Shown here: piece after piece, positions 1 to 8,878 of the stretch
How positions within the stretch are numbered: position 1 is the stretch's first letter
How the letters are laid out: each line of letters begins with the position of its first letter
From: Acidimicrobiales bacterium
GTDB lineage: Bacteria > Actinomycetota > Acidimicrobiia > Acidimicrobiales > UBA8190
NCBI GenBank assembly: GCA_035604075.1
Contig: DATNJD010000097.1
Location: 1-34,006, forward strand
Direction of reading: 5' to 3'
Length of the DNA: 34,006 nt
Translations under genes and position numbers: made by a program
Notes under the pieces: model-generated
Told to the model about the DNA's origin: nothing
What the model saw: only the letters and a program-made list of their open reading frames with translations
Databases searched by the model: none

Positions 1-1673
1 GGTTCCTCAACCGCCAACCGCCGTAAAAGTATCGCAACATCGGGAGATTCCTCTTCGGCCGCCCCGATCGCCTCGTGGAGGCTGCCTGCCCGGCTCAGGG
101 CCACGAAGGCGGCCCGGTGCCGCTCGTCACCGAACAGAAACGGGTGCAGCCGGCCGGCGACGGACTCGGGACGGTGCACGAGCAGCCGCAACGCCTCGAG
201 CCCCGCCCGTTGCGCATCGCCGTCGTGACCGGCGGGGCCCCGGCGACCGGACCGTTCCCCGTTCGTGGCGGCCGGGGCCCCGGGGCCCGCCAACCGTTGG
301 TCGTGGCTCTGCCCGTTGGTGGCCGGACGGCCCCGTGTGGCCGGGTCGCCGGTGGACGAGTCGCGCGGTCCGCGGCGGACGAGCTCGTCGAGCAGACGGC
401 GCAATGATGTCGCCTCCAGTCGGCAGCGGTCGGCCACACCCATCAGATACTGATCGCGCACGAGCGCGTCGGGATGTCCGGCCACCACCTCCAGCGCCGC
501 CTCCGCTGCCTTGGCCCGACCTTCGTTCGTCCGCAGATCGGCGGCGTCAAGCACCCGGTCGATACGAAACCGCAGGAAGGGTTGGGCGTCGGCCACCGCT
601 CGTCTGAGGGCCTCCGGATCAGTGCGCGCCAGGTCGGCCGGATCGGCACCGGCGGGCAGCGCCGCCACGGCCACGTCGACGGAGTGATGACGTTCCCATT
701 CGTAAACGCGCGTGGCCCCGGCCTGGCCGGCGGCGTCGGCGTCGTAGGCGAGCACCACACGTTTGGCGAAATTGCCGAGGACCCGGAAGTGCTCTTCCCC
801 CAAGGCGGTGCCACACGTGGCCACCGCCCGCCGCAGTCCCACCCCGAAGAAGGCGATGACGTCGGTGTACCCCTCGCACACGATCACCTCACCGCTGCCC
901 ACGATGTCGGACTTGGCCCAATTGAGGCCGTACAGGGTGCGGCGCTTGGCGTAGATGGGACCGTCCTGCGAGTTCTTGTACTTGGGACCGTCGGATGCGG
1001 CGGACAGCACCCCGGCCCCGGGGGGCAGGATCCGGCCGCCGAGGGCGATGGCCTTGCCCGAGGGATCGAAGATGGGGAAGATCACCCGGCCCCGGAAGGC
1101 GTCCTGGCGCCGGCCCCGACGGTTCACGAAGCCGAGGCCCGAATCGGTGAGCACCCGGTCGGACACCTTCAGGTGACGGCACAACGCGTCCCAACCGGAC
1201 GGGGCCCAGCCCAGCTTGAACGCCCGCACCACGTCCCCGTCGTAGCCGCGCGAGCGCAGGTAGTCGCGGGCGGGCCCGCCGTCGGCGGCGGCCAGCAGCC
1301 GCTGGTGATAGAAGTCGACGGCGTCGGACATGGCGTCGTAGAGAGGGTTTCTCTTCTGACGCTCGGCCGTGACGGCGGCGTCTTCGGTGATGGTGATGCC
1401 GGACCGGTCGGCCAGACGACGCACGGCCTCGACGAAGTCGACGTGCTCGACGTCACGGACGAAGCTGATGGCGTCGCCCGACCGCTGGCAGCCGAAGCAG
1501 TAGTAGAGGCCCTCCTCGGCGTTGACGCTGAACGAGGGCGACTTCTCCTGATGGAACGGACACAGCCCGACGAAGCGTCGTCCCTGACGCTTCAGCGCGG
1601 CATGCTCGCCGATCAGCGCCACGATGTCGGTGGCGGCCCGAACCCGGGCCACGTCCTCCTCCGGTATGGCCAC
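1..1673 (-). CDS. dnaG: DNA primase DnaG (3' end truncated by window edge)
   Basis: Not in the ORF track because no stop lies inside the window. My translation from GTG 1673 reads VAIPEEDVARVRAATDIVALIGEHAALKRQGRRFVGLCPFHQEKSPSFSVNAEEGLYYCFGCQRSGDAISF (CHC2 zinc finger). Later come VIVCEGYTDVIAF and LAYDADAAGQAG (TOPRIM). I checked that the frame stays open down to nt 1. GTG 1673 is the first start after the in-frame ppdK TAG. Confidence 0.9.
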   Translation of the reverse strand, partial: MAIPEEDVARVRAATDIVALIGEHAALKRQGRRFVGLCPFHQEKSPSFSVNAEEGLYYCFGCQRSGDAISFVRDVEHVDFVEAVRRLADRSGITITEDAAVTAERQKRNPLYDAMSDAVDFYHQRLLAAADGGPARDYLRSRGYDGDVVRAFKLGWAPSGWDALCRHLKVSDRVLTDSGLGFVNRRGRRQDAFRGRVIFPIFDPSGKAIALGGRILPPGAGVLSAASDGPKYKNSQDGPIYAKRRTLYGLNWAKSDIVGSGEVIVCEGYTDVIAFFGVGLRRAVATCGTALGEEHFRVLGNFAKRVVLAYDADAAGQAGATRVYEWERHHSVDVAVAALPAGADPADLARTDPEALRRAVADAQPFLRFRIDRVLDAADLRTNEGRAKAAEAALEVVAGHPDALVRDQYLMGVADRCRLEATSLRRLLDELVRRGPRDSSTGDPATRGRPATNGQSHDQRLAGPGAPAATNGERSGRRGPAGHDGDAQRAGLEALRLLVHRPESVAGRLHPFLFGDERHRAAFVALSRAGSLHEAIGAAEEESPDVAILLRRLAVEE

Positions 1674-1680
1674 GGAAGCG

Positions 1681-1686
1681 ACGCTA
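1681..1686 (-). promoter_or_regulatory. candidate -10 hexamer TAGCGT, 7 nt before dnaG GTG (leaderless-type)
   Basis: Minus strand reads TAGCGT-cgcttcc-GTG with no SD. Hexamer and spacing are identical to those at dinG and the APH-type kinase. Confidence 0.4.
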
Positions 1687-1700
1687 CCGGCCGGGCGCGA

Positions 1701-4442
1701 CTATGGCGTCCGCCGCGCCAAGGCCTGCCTCTTCGTCCTGGTGGATCCCGTCGTCGCGCCGGGAGCGGGACCGGCGGCGAGCACGGCCTGGGCGGCCGAC
1801 AGCCGGGCGATGGGGACCCGGAAGGGCGAGCAACTCACGTAGTCGAGGCCGGCGTGGGCGAACAGGCTGATGGATTCGGGGTCACCGCCGTGCTCACCAC
1901 AGACGCCGATCTTGAGCGTGGGCTTGGTCGACCGTCCCCGCTCCACGCCCATCCGCACGAGCTCCCCCACGCCGGCGGCGTCGATCGTCTCGAAGGGGTT
2001 GTGCGGGAGCAGGCCCTTCTCCAGGTAGGCGGCCATCATCCGGCCCTCGACGTCGTCGCGGCTGAAGCCCAGGGTCATCTGCGTGAGGTCGTTGGTGCCG
2101 AAGGAGAAGAAGTCGGCGTCGCCGGCGATGTCGGCCGCCCGCAGCGCGGCGCGCGGCGTCTCGATCATGGTGCCGATGAGGACCTCGACCTTGGCCGCCC
2201 CGGCCCGTCCCCGGGTCGCCGTCTTGGCCGTCTTGGCCGAGGTCACGGCCGGAGCGGAGGCCGCCTCGACCGCCGCGGTCACCCACGACCGGGCCAACGC
2301 CATCTCCTCGCGGCCGATGATCAAGGGGATCATGATCTCGACGATGGGCGTCCCACCGGCCGCCACCCGGTCGAGGGCGGCCTCCATCAGGGCGCGGACC
2401 TGCATGGCGTAGAGGCCGGGCTTCAACACCCCGAGCCGGACCCCCCGGGTGCCCAGCATGGGGTTGAACTCGTGCCAGTCCTTGGCCGCCTGGTAGAGCG
2501 CCCGTTCCTCGTCGGTGAGCCCGACGGTGGCCTCCTTGATGGCCAGGTCGCCCGTAGGGGGCAGGAATTCGTGCAGCGGCGGGTCGAGCAGACGCACCGT
2601 CACCGGCAAGCCGTCCATCGCCTCCAGGATCTCCACGAAGTCGGCCCGCTGGGCCAGCCGGAGCTCCTCGAGCGCCGCCTCCTCGTCGTCGGGGGTGGAG
2701 GCCAGGATCATCCGGCGGACGATGGGGAGCCGGTCCTCGGCGATGAACATGTGTTCTGTCCGGCACAGACCGATCCCCTCGGCCCCGAGCGACCGGGCAT
2801 TGGCGGCGTCGGCCCCGGTGTCGGCGTTGGCCCGGACGGCCAGCCGGCCCGCCCTGATCTCGTCGGCCCAGCCGAGCACCACGGCGAACTCCTTGCTCGG
2901 CTCGGGCGCGGTCAGCGCCACCTGACCCAGGATCACGTCGCCGGCGGTGCCGTCGATGGAGAGCCAGTCGCCCTCGGACACGGTGGCGCCGCCCACCGCG
3001 AACGACTTCCCCTCGATCCGGACCTTCTCGGCCCCCACCACGGCGGGCTTCCCCCATCCCCGGGCCACCACCGCGGCGTGCGACACGAGGCCGCCACGCG
3101 CCGTCAGGATCCCCTCGGCGGCCAGCATGCCGTGGACGTCCTCGGGTGAGGTCTCGCTGCGCACCAGGATGACCTTCTCCCCCGCTTCGGCCGCGGCGGC
3201 GGCGTCGTCGGCGGTGAAATAGGCGCGACCCACCGCCGCGCCGGGCGAGGCCCCGAGCCCGGTCGTGAGCACCTTCTGGCCGGAGCCGGCGAAGCGGGGA
3301 TGAAGCACGTGCTCCAGGTGTTCGGCCGTCACCCGCTGCACGGCCTCGGCCCGGCTCAGCTTGATCGCCGGGTCCTTCGTCATGTCGACGGCCATCCGCA
3401 GCGCGGCGTTGCCGGTGCGCTTGCCCACCCGCGTCTGCAGCATCCAGAGCTTGTCCTGCTCGATGGTGAACTCGGTGTCGCACATGTCGCGGTAATGACT
3501 CTCGAGCCGGCCGAAGATGCCGAGCAGCTCGGTGTGGATCTTGGGGAAGCTCTTCTTGAGCGCCGACAGGGGCTCGGTGTTGCGGATACCGGCCACCACG
3601 TCCTCGCCCTGGGCGTTGATCAGGAAGTCGCCGTACTCGCCCTTGGCCCCGGTGGCCGGGTCGCGGGTGAAGCCGACCCCGGTGCCCGACCGTTCGTCAC
3701 GGTTCCCGAACACCATGGCCTGGATGTTGACGGCGGTGCCGAGGTCGTGGGCGATGCCCTCGTGCTCGCGGTAGGCAATGGCACGCGGTCCGTTCCAGGA
3801 CTGGAAGACGGCCTCGATGGCACCGCGCAACTGGGCGTCGGGTTCCTGGGGGAACGGGGCGCTGGTATGGCGTTGCACGATCGCCTTGTACGAGTCGACC
3901 AGGTACCGCAGCAACTCGGTGGGGATTCCGGCGTCGGAGCTGGTCCCGGCCAGCTCCTTGGCCGCCTCGAGCAGAGCGTCGAATTCCTCGCCGTCGATAC
4001 CGAGCACGATCCGGCCGTACATGGCCACGAATCGGCGGTAGGAGTCGAAGGCGAAACGCTCGTCGTCGGTCTGCTTGGCCAGTCCTTCCACCGACTGGTC
4101 GTTCAGACCGAGGTTCAGCACCGTGTCCATCATCCCCGGCATGGAGAACTTGGCCCCCGACCGGACGCTCACGAGCAGCGGGTCGGCACTGTCGCCGAGG
4201 GCGTTGCCCATCTTCTTCTCGAGCCGGCTCCGGGCCCGCTCCACCTCCTGCGCCAACCCCGCCGGCCAGCCGTCCTCCATGTAGGCCCGGCAGGCGTCGG
4301 TGGTGATCGTGAAGCCGTGCGGCACGGGCAAGGCGAGCACCGACGTCATCTCGGCCAGGTTGGCGCCCTTGCCGCCGAGGAGATCCTTCATCTCCATAGG
4401 CGGCCGACGGTGCGTGTGGTCGAAGTCGTAGACGAACGGCAT
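1701..4442 (-). CDS. ppdK: pyruvate, phosphate dikinase
   Basis: Track ORF 1701..4490 trimmed to ATG 4442 (MPFVYDF...), which has AGGAG about 5 nt upstream. Motifs: GGKGANLAEM N-terminus, phospho-His loop GGLVSHAAVVARGWGKP, GIGLCRTEHMF, and C-terminal VSCSPFRVPIARL. Confidence 0.93.
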   Translation of the reverse strand: MPFVYDFDHTHRRPPMEMKDLLGGKGANLAEMTSVLALPVPHGFTITTDACRAYMEDGWPAGLAQEVERARSRLEKKMGNALGDSADPLLVSVRSGAKFSMPGMMDTVLNLGLNDQSVEGLAKQTDDERFAFDSYRRFVAMYGRIVLGIDGEEFDALLEAAKELAGTSSDAGIPTELLRYLVDSYKAIVQRHTSAPFPQEPDAQLRGAIEAVFQSWNGPRAIAYREHEGIAHDLGTAVNIQAMVFGNRDERSGTGVGFTRDPATGAKGEYGDFLINAQGEDVVAGIRNTEPLSALKKSFPKIHTELLGIFGRLESHYRDMCDTEFTIEQDKLWMLQTRVGKRTGNAALRMAVDMTKDPAIKLSRAEAVQRVTAEHLEHVLHPRFAGSGQKVLTTGLGASPGAAVGRAYFTADDAAAAAEAGEKVILVRSETSPEDVHGMLAAEGILTARGGLVSHAAVVARGWGKPAVVGAEKVRIEGKSFAVGGATVSEGDWLSIDGTAGDVILGQVALTAPEPSKEFAVVLGWADEIRAGRLAVRANADTGADAANARSLGAEGIGLCRTEHMFIAEDRLPIVRRMILASTPDDEEAALEELRLAQRADFVEILEAMDGLPVTVRLLDPPLHEFLPPTGDLAIKEATVGLTDEERALYQAAKDWHEFNPMLGTRGVRLGVLKPGLYAMQVRALMEAALDRVAAGGTPIVEIMIPLIIGREEMALARSWVTAAVEAASAPAVTSAKTAKTATRGRAGAAKVEVLIGTMIETPRAALRAADIAGDADFFSFGTNDLTQMTLGFSRDDVEGRMMAAYLEKGLLPHNPFETIDAAGVGELVRMGVERGRSTKPTLKIGVCGEHGGDPESISLFAHAGLDYVSCSPFRVPIARLSAAQAVLAAGPAPGATTGSTRTKRQALARRTP

Positions 4443-4517
4443 GGGGTCTCCTGAGGTCCTCCGGAACCTCCCGAGCCTACCGGTCGCCACCTGCCCGGTT
4501 GGCCGCCCGGCGGGTCC

Positions 4518-4553
4518 GGCCGCCGGGGCCCACGGCCCCCGGCCGGGGCGGCC
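4518..4553 (-). terminator. GC-rich stem-loop directly after glyQS stop (candidate terminator, no U-tract)
   Basis: Minus-strand RNA is GGCCGCC...GGCGGCC, a 7-bp outer stem with an inner GGGG/CCCC stem, starting 1 nt after the TGA. A TAGGCT hexamer (4474..4479) follows, about 30 nt upstream of ppdK ATG. Confidence 0.3.
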
Positions 4554-5873
4554 TCAGCAGCCGAGGCGGCGGCGGAACTCCGACGCCAGCGCGTCGATGG
4601 GCACCCGGACCTGCTCGGTCGTATCGCGCTCGCGCACCGTCACGGCCCGGTCCTCGAGAGATTCGAAGTCCACCGTCACACAGAACGGCGTCCCCACCTC
4701 GTCCTGGCGGCGGTAGCGCTTACCGATGGACTGCGTCACGTCGAAGTCGCACATGCAGATGGGCTGCAGCAGGCCCAGGACCTCACGCGACAGAGGCACC
4801 AGCGAGTCGTTCTTCGACAACGGCAGCACGGCCACCTGGTAGGGCGCCAGCCGGGGATCGAGGTGCAACACCGTCCGCTTCTCCCCCCCCACCTCGTCCT
4901 CGTCGTAGGCGGCGAGCAGAAACGCCATCATCGTCCGCGTCGCCCCGGCCGCCGGTTCGATCACGTAGGGCACGTAGCGCTCCCCGGTCGCCTGGTCGAA
5001 GTACTCGAGCTTCTCCCCCGACGCCGCGCTGTGGGCCAACAGATCGAAGTCGGTCCGGTTGGCGATCCCCTCGAGCTCGTCGAAGCCCCAGGGGAAGAGG
5101 AACTCGACGTCGGCCGTCCCCGCCGAATAGTGCGACAGCTCGTCGGCATCGTGGTGGCGCAACCGCAGCTTCTCGGCCGGGATCCCGAGGTCGAGATACC
5201 AGCGGAAGCGCTCGTCGAGCCAGTACTCGAACCATTTCTGGGCGTCGTCGGGCGGGACGAAGTACTCCAACTCCATCTGTTCGAACTCGCGGGTCCGGAA
5301 GACGAAGTTCTGGGGCGTGATCTCGTTGCGGAAGGACTTCCCCACTTGGGCGATGCCGAACGGCGGCTTCTTCCGCGTCGTCTGCAGGACGTTCACGAAG
5401 TTCACGAACATCCCCTGAGCCGTCTCGGGACGGAGGTAGGCCACGGTGGCGTCCTCCTCCACGGGCCCGGCGAAGGTCTTGAACATCAGGTTGAAGGCCC
5501 GGGCCTCGGTCAGGTCGGTGGACCCGCAGTTGGGACAGGTCCCGTCGATCTTGTCGGCCCGCCACCGTTCGTGGCAGTTCCGGCAGTCGACCAGCGGATC
5601 GGTGAAATTGCTCAGGTGACCCGATGCCTCCCAGATCCTCGGAACCGACAGGATGGCGGCGTCGATGCCGACGACGTCGTCGCGCTGCTGCACGATGGCC
5701 CGCCACCAGGCGTCCTTCACGTTGCGCAACATCAGGGCCCCGAGCGGTCCGTAGTCGTAGGTGGAGCGGAAGCCGCCGTAGATCTCGGCCGACGGAAAGA
5801 TGAAGCCCCGGCGCTTGCACAGGTTGACGACCTTCTCCATCAGGTCGTTGGACACGGTGGGCTCCTCAGTCAT
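4554..5873 (-). CDS. glyQS: glycine--tRNA ligase (homodimeric class II type)
   Basis: Starts at ATG 5873: MTEEPTVSNDLMEKVVNLCKRRGFIFPSAEIYGGFRSTYDYGPLG... The upstream part of the 716-aa track ORF is Arg/Pro/Gly-rich and overlaps hemW. ATGA stop/start overlap with hemW at 5870..5873. Confidence 0.92.
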   Translation of the reverse strand: MTEEPTVSNDLMEKVVNLCKRRGFIFPSAEIYGGFRSTYDYGPLGALMLRNVKDAWWRAIVQQRDDVVGIDAAILSVPRIWEASGHLSNFTDPLVDCRNCHERWRADKIDGTCPNCGSTDLTEARAFNLMFKTFAGPVEEDATVAYLRPETAQGMFVNFVNVLQTTRKKPPFGIAQVGKSFRNEITPQNFVFRTREFEQMELEYFVPPDDAQKWFEYWLDERFRWYLDLGIPAEKLRLRHHDADELSHYSAGTADVEFLFPWGFDELEGIANRTDFDLLAHSAASGEKLEYFDQATGERYVPYVIEPAAGATRTMMAFLLAAYDEDEVGGEKRTVLHLDPRLAPYQVAVLPLSKNDSLVPLSREVLGLLQPICMCDFDVTQSIGKRYRRQDEVGTPFCVTVDFESLEDRAVTVRERDTTEQVRVPIDALASEFRRRLGC

Positions 5874-7012
5874 CGCCGCAGGATACCGGGTGCCTTCGTC
5901 GTGCCTGGCAGGAGCCGTGTCGTCACGGCGTTGGCCAACAAACGGCCCCGCACCGTCAGCACCGCCCTCTCGCCGCGTCGCTCGACCAGGCCGTCCAGAT
6001 CGGGATCGTCGGGCACCACCGATGCGGGCACCCCACCCGAGGTCCGCACGGCCAGGGCGAGGCCCTCGAAGCGTCTCTGCTCGGCCGACAACCGCTCCTC
6101 GCCCGCCGTCGTCGTCCGGCCGGCATCGACGGCGGCAATGTAGCGCTCCGGGGTCCGGATGTTCCACCAGCGCCGTCCGCGACGGTGCGAGTGGGCGGCG
6201 GCGCCGAAGCCCCGGTAGTCCCCCTGGGCCCAGTAGAGCCGGTTGTGCCGGCACCTCTGTCCCGGCCGCGCCCAGTTCGACACCTCGTACCACTCGTACC
6301 CGGCGCGCCCGAGCCATCCGTCGGCCAGCGCGTAGCGCTGCGCCTGGACGTCGTCGTCGGGATGCCGGCTGCGATCGGCGGCCAACGGGGTGCCGGGTTC
6401 CACGGTCAGGGCGTAGGCGCTCACGTGGCCCGGCGTCGGCTCGAGGGCGAGCACCGCCTCCAGGCTCCGCCGGAAGTCGTCGTCCGTCTCGGCCGGCGAT
6501 CCGAAGATCAGGTCCACGTTCACCGACGCGAAGCCGGCCGCCCCGGCCAGGGCGACGGCCCGGGCCACCGTGTCCGGCTCGTGCCGCCGGCCCAATCCGG
6601 CGAGCACATGGGGCACCATCGACTGCACGCCGAACGACACCCGGCCCACACCGGCGGCCCGCCATACGCCGAACATCTCGGCCGTGGCGTCCTCGGGGTT
6701 GCACTCGACGGTCACCTCGGCCCCCGGGGCCCGGGGCACGACACCCAGGATCTCGGCCAGCAACTCGGCCGGCAGCCGCGACGGCGTCCCGCCGCCCACG
6801 AAGACGCTCGTGGCCGAGCCCATGGCCTCATCGCGACGGGCCCGGCCGATCTCGGTCACACAGGCCGCCGCGTAGCGCTCCATCAGGTGATCGCGGTCGG
6901 TCCAGGTGGCGAAGGCGCAGTAGTCACAGCGCGCCGCACAGAAGGGCACGTGCACGTAGACACCGAACTCGTCGGGCACGGCTCCGTTACTCGGCCGCGC
7001 TCGTCCGGACAC
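5870..7012 (-). CDS. hemW: radical SAM heme chaperone HemW (HemN-like)
   Basis: GVYVHVPFCAARCDYCAF carries the CxxxCxxC radical-SAM motif, and the rest is HemN/HemW-like. GTG 7012 (longest ORF) overlaps recO by 26 nt. Alternative GTG 6979 lies just after the recO TAA, with GGAG close upstream. Confidence 0.85.
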   Translation of the reverse strand: MSGRARPSNGAVPDEFGVYVHVPFCAARCDYCAFATWTDRDHLMERYAAACVTEIGRARRDEAMGSATSVFVGGGTPSRLPAELLAEILGVVPRAPGAEVTVECNPEDATAEMFGVWRAAGVGRVSFGVQSMVPHVLAGLGRRHEPDTVARAVALAGAAGFASVNVDLIFGSPAETDDDFRRSLEAVLALEPTPGHVSAYALTVEPGTPLAADRSRHPDDDVQAQRYALADGWLGRAGYEWYEVSNWARPGQRCRHNRLYWAQGDYRGFGAAAHSHRRGRRWWNIRTPERYIAAVDAGRTTTAGEERLSAEQRRFEGLALAVRTSGGVPASVVPDDPDLDGLVERRGERAVLTVRGRLLANAVTTRLLPGTTKAPGILRR

Positions 7013-7703
7013 TGCGCAGCCGCCGGTCGAGATGGACCTCCGTCGCCTCGGTGGCCAGGTCGGTCAGCTCGTCGGCCAACGCCCCGGCCGGCTCGCGCAG
7101 CGCCGAGGCGAGCCCGCCGCCCAGGATCCGGCGCAGCAGCTCGAGCGCCTCGGGCGAGAGCGACCGGCCCCGCCGGCACGACCGGCACAGCACCCCGCCC
7201 TCGTTCAGGTCGAAGGCCACCAGGTCGTCGACGGCGCCGCACGACACGCAGACGTCGACGGTGGGGGCCGATCCCTCCAAGGCCAGTACCTTCAACAGAA
7301 AGGCGGGGACGAGCAGCGGTGCGTCGCTCTCCTCGAGGGCCCGCAGCGCACCCACCACCATGTCGTAGAGCCGGGCGTTGGCGTGGCCCTCCTGGGCCAG
7401 CTGATCCACCACCTCGAGCAGCGTGTAGGCCTTCGTCACCCGACCCAGGTCCTCGCGTATCCCCCGGAAGGTGTCGACCACCTCGGCCTGGTTCACGATG
7501 TCGAGCTCGCGTCCCTGCCAGCACAACATCGTCACGTGGCTGAGCGGTTCGAGCCGGGCCCCGAACTTGGAGTGGGTCCGCCGCACCCCCTTGGCCACGG
7601 CCCGCACCTTCCCCCGGCCCCGCGTCATCAGCGTCACGATCCGGTCGGCCTCGCCCAGACGGAACGTCCGCAGCACCACCCCCTCGTCGCGGTAGAGGGT
7701 CAC
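6987..7703 (-). CDS. recO: DNA repair protein RecO
   Basis: LYRDEGVVLRTFRLGEADRIVTLMTRGRGKVRAVAKG (OB-fold N-terminus) and the CVSCG...CRSC zinc motif. Start set at GTG 7703, 4 nt after the stop of the upstream small ORF. The longest ORF extends to 7823. Confidence 0.85.
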   Translation of the reverse strand: MTLYRDEGVVLRTFRLGEADRIVTLMTRGRGKVRAVAKGVRRTHSKFGARLEPLSHVTMLCWQGRELDIVNQAEVVDTFRGIREDLGRVTKAYTLLEVVDQLAQEGHANARLYDMVVGALRALEESDAPLLVPAFLLKVLALEGSAPTVDVCVSCGAVDDLVAFDLNEGGVLCRSCRRGRSLSPEALELLRRILGGGLASALREPAGALADELTDLATEATEVHLDRRLRSVRTSAAE

Positions 7704-7707
7704 CGCC

Positions 7708-8001
7708 TCACCGGTCCGTCGTCGGCTCCGTCGGTGCCGCCTCACCGGCATCGGGTCCGGCGCCGCCGGCGGCGGGTGCCGGGCCTCCGGGGGGATCGGC
7801 GGCCGGAGGCGACTCGGGACCACGGGCCACCGGCGCCACGTTCGGCGTGTGTCGACCGCCCATCTGGCCCCCCACGATGACCATGGCCAAGAGCGCCCCC
7901 ACGGTCACGAGGATGGCCGTGGCCCCGGCGATCCCGGCCACGGCCAGCACGATCAGCCCGCCCACGACGACCACGGCGCCGGCCCCGACGACCACCTTCA
8001 T
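7708..8001 (-). CDS. small (97 aa) predicted 2-TM membrane protein with Pro/Ala-rich tail, function unknown
   Basis: Starts at ATG 8001: MKVVVGAGAVVVVGGLIVLAVAGIAGATAILVTVGALLAMVIVGG..., followed by PESPPAADPPGGPAPAAGGAGPD. Third-codon-position G/C is very high in this frame (read codon by codon). ATGA overlap with the uppS stop, and its own stop is 4 nt before recO GTG. Confidence 0.6.
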   Translation of the reverse strand: MKVVVGAGAVVVVGGLIVLAVAGIAGATAILVTVGALLAMVIVGGQMGGRHTPNVAPVARGPESPPAADPPGGPAPAAGGAGPDAGEAAPTEPTTDR

Positions 8002-8735
8002 CCCCGCACCCCTCCGTAGCGACGCTCGCGTCGTTGGAACTCGGCCACCGCCTCGAAGAGGTGCTCCCGCCGGAAGTCGGGCCACAGGACGTCGGTGAAG
8101 ACCAACTCGGAGTACGCCAGCTGCCACAGCAGGAAATTGGAGATCCGGTACTCCCCCGACGTCCGCACCATCAGGTCGGGGTCGGGCTGATCGGGATAGT
8201 AGAGATGGCGCCGGATGGCCTTCTCGTCGATCTTCTGCGCCGGGGTGCCCTCGGCCACGAGGGCCCGCACGGCGTCCACGATCTCGGCCCGGCCGCCGTA
8301 GTTGAAGGCCATCGTCAGCGTCATCGTCCGGTTGCCCGCCGTCAGCCGGGTCGACTCGTCCATCCGCCGCAGCACCCGCCGTGGCACCCGCCAGTCCCGC
8401 CGGCCGGCGAAGCGGATCCGGACGCCCTTCTCGTGCAGCTCGTCACGCCGCCGGACGAGCAGGGACTCGTTGAAGCCCATCAGGTAGCGGACCTCGTCCG
8501 GGGGACGCCGCCAGTTCTCGGTCGAGAAGGCGAAGACGGTGAGCCAGCGGATCCCGATCTCGAGCGCCCCCTCGATGGTGTCGAGCAGCGCTTCCTCGCC
8601 CGCCGCGTGCCCCGCCGTCCGGGGCTGGCCCCGCAGGCTGGCCCACCGGCCGTTCCCGTCCATCACGCACGCCACGTGGGCGGGCACACCACTGAGATCG
8701 ACGCCGTCCGGAGCGGGCGTTAGGGCGCGTGACAC
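7998..8735 (-). CDS. uppS: isoprenyl transferase / undecaprenyl-diphosphate synthase family
   Basis: Cis-prenyltransferase motifs VMDGNGRWA, FSTENWRRP and RTSGEYRISNFLLWQ. Start set at GTG 8735, preceded by TAGGTT-N7. The longest ORF (TTG 8861) would start only 18 nt from nfeD ATG. Confidence 0.88.
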   Translation of the reverse strand: MSRALTPAPDGVDLSGVPAHVACVMDGNGRWASLRGQPRTAGHAAGEEALLDTIEGALEIGIRWLTVFAFSTENWRRPPDEVRYLMGFNESLLVRRRDELHEKGVRIRFAGRRDWRVPRRVLRRMDESTRLTAGNRTMTLTMAFNYGGRAEIVDAVRALVAEGTPAQKIDEKAIRRHLYYPDQPDPDLMVRTSGEYRISNFLLWQLAYSELVFTDVLWPDFRREHLFEAVAEFQRRERRYGGVRG

Positions 8736-8742
8736 TGACCCG

Positions 8743-8748
8743 AACCTA
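8743..8748 (-). promoter_or_regulatory. candidate -10 hexamer TAGGTT, 7 nt before uppS GTG (leaderless-type)
   Basis: Minus strand reads TAGGTT-cgggtca-GTG. Confidence 0.35.
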
Positions 8749-8878
8749 CTTCCTCGGCGGTGCCGTTCCCGAGCCGCGTCGGACAGCGCGTGGGAGTAGC
8801 GTGGTGCGTGGAAATGCACGACACGCTGGTCAGCTCGCACGATCGGGCCACGCACGACCAACCGGGCCGCCTGCGCCC

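Noticed and set aside
474-3149. 891-aa plus-strand ORF, the longest in this region of the track
   Set aside because: It is antisense to dnaG and ppdK, which carry unmistakable motifs. Its product is Gly/Arg/Pro/His-rich with no recognisable domain. This is a typical high-GC shadow ORF.
4554-6704. 716-aa version of the GlyRS ORF, with similar over-long N-termini for ppdK, recO, uppS, lepA, rpsT, folP and dinG
   Set aside because: The extensions overlap upstream genes, are Arg/Pro-rich, and precede internal starts supported by an SD, stop/start coupling, a -10-like hexamer, or the typical family N-terminus.
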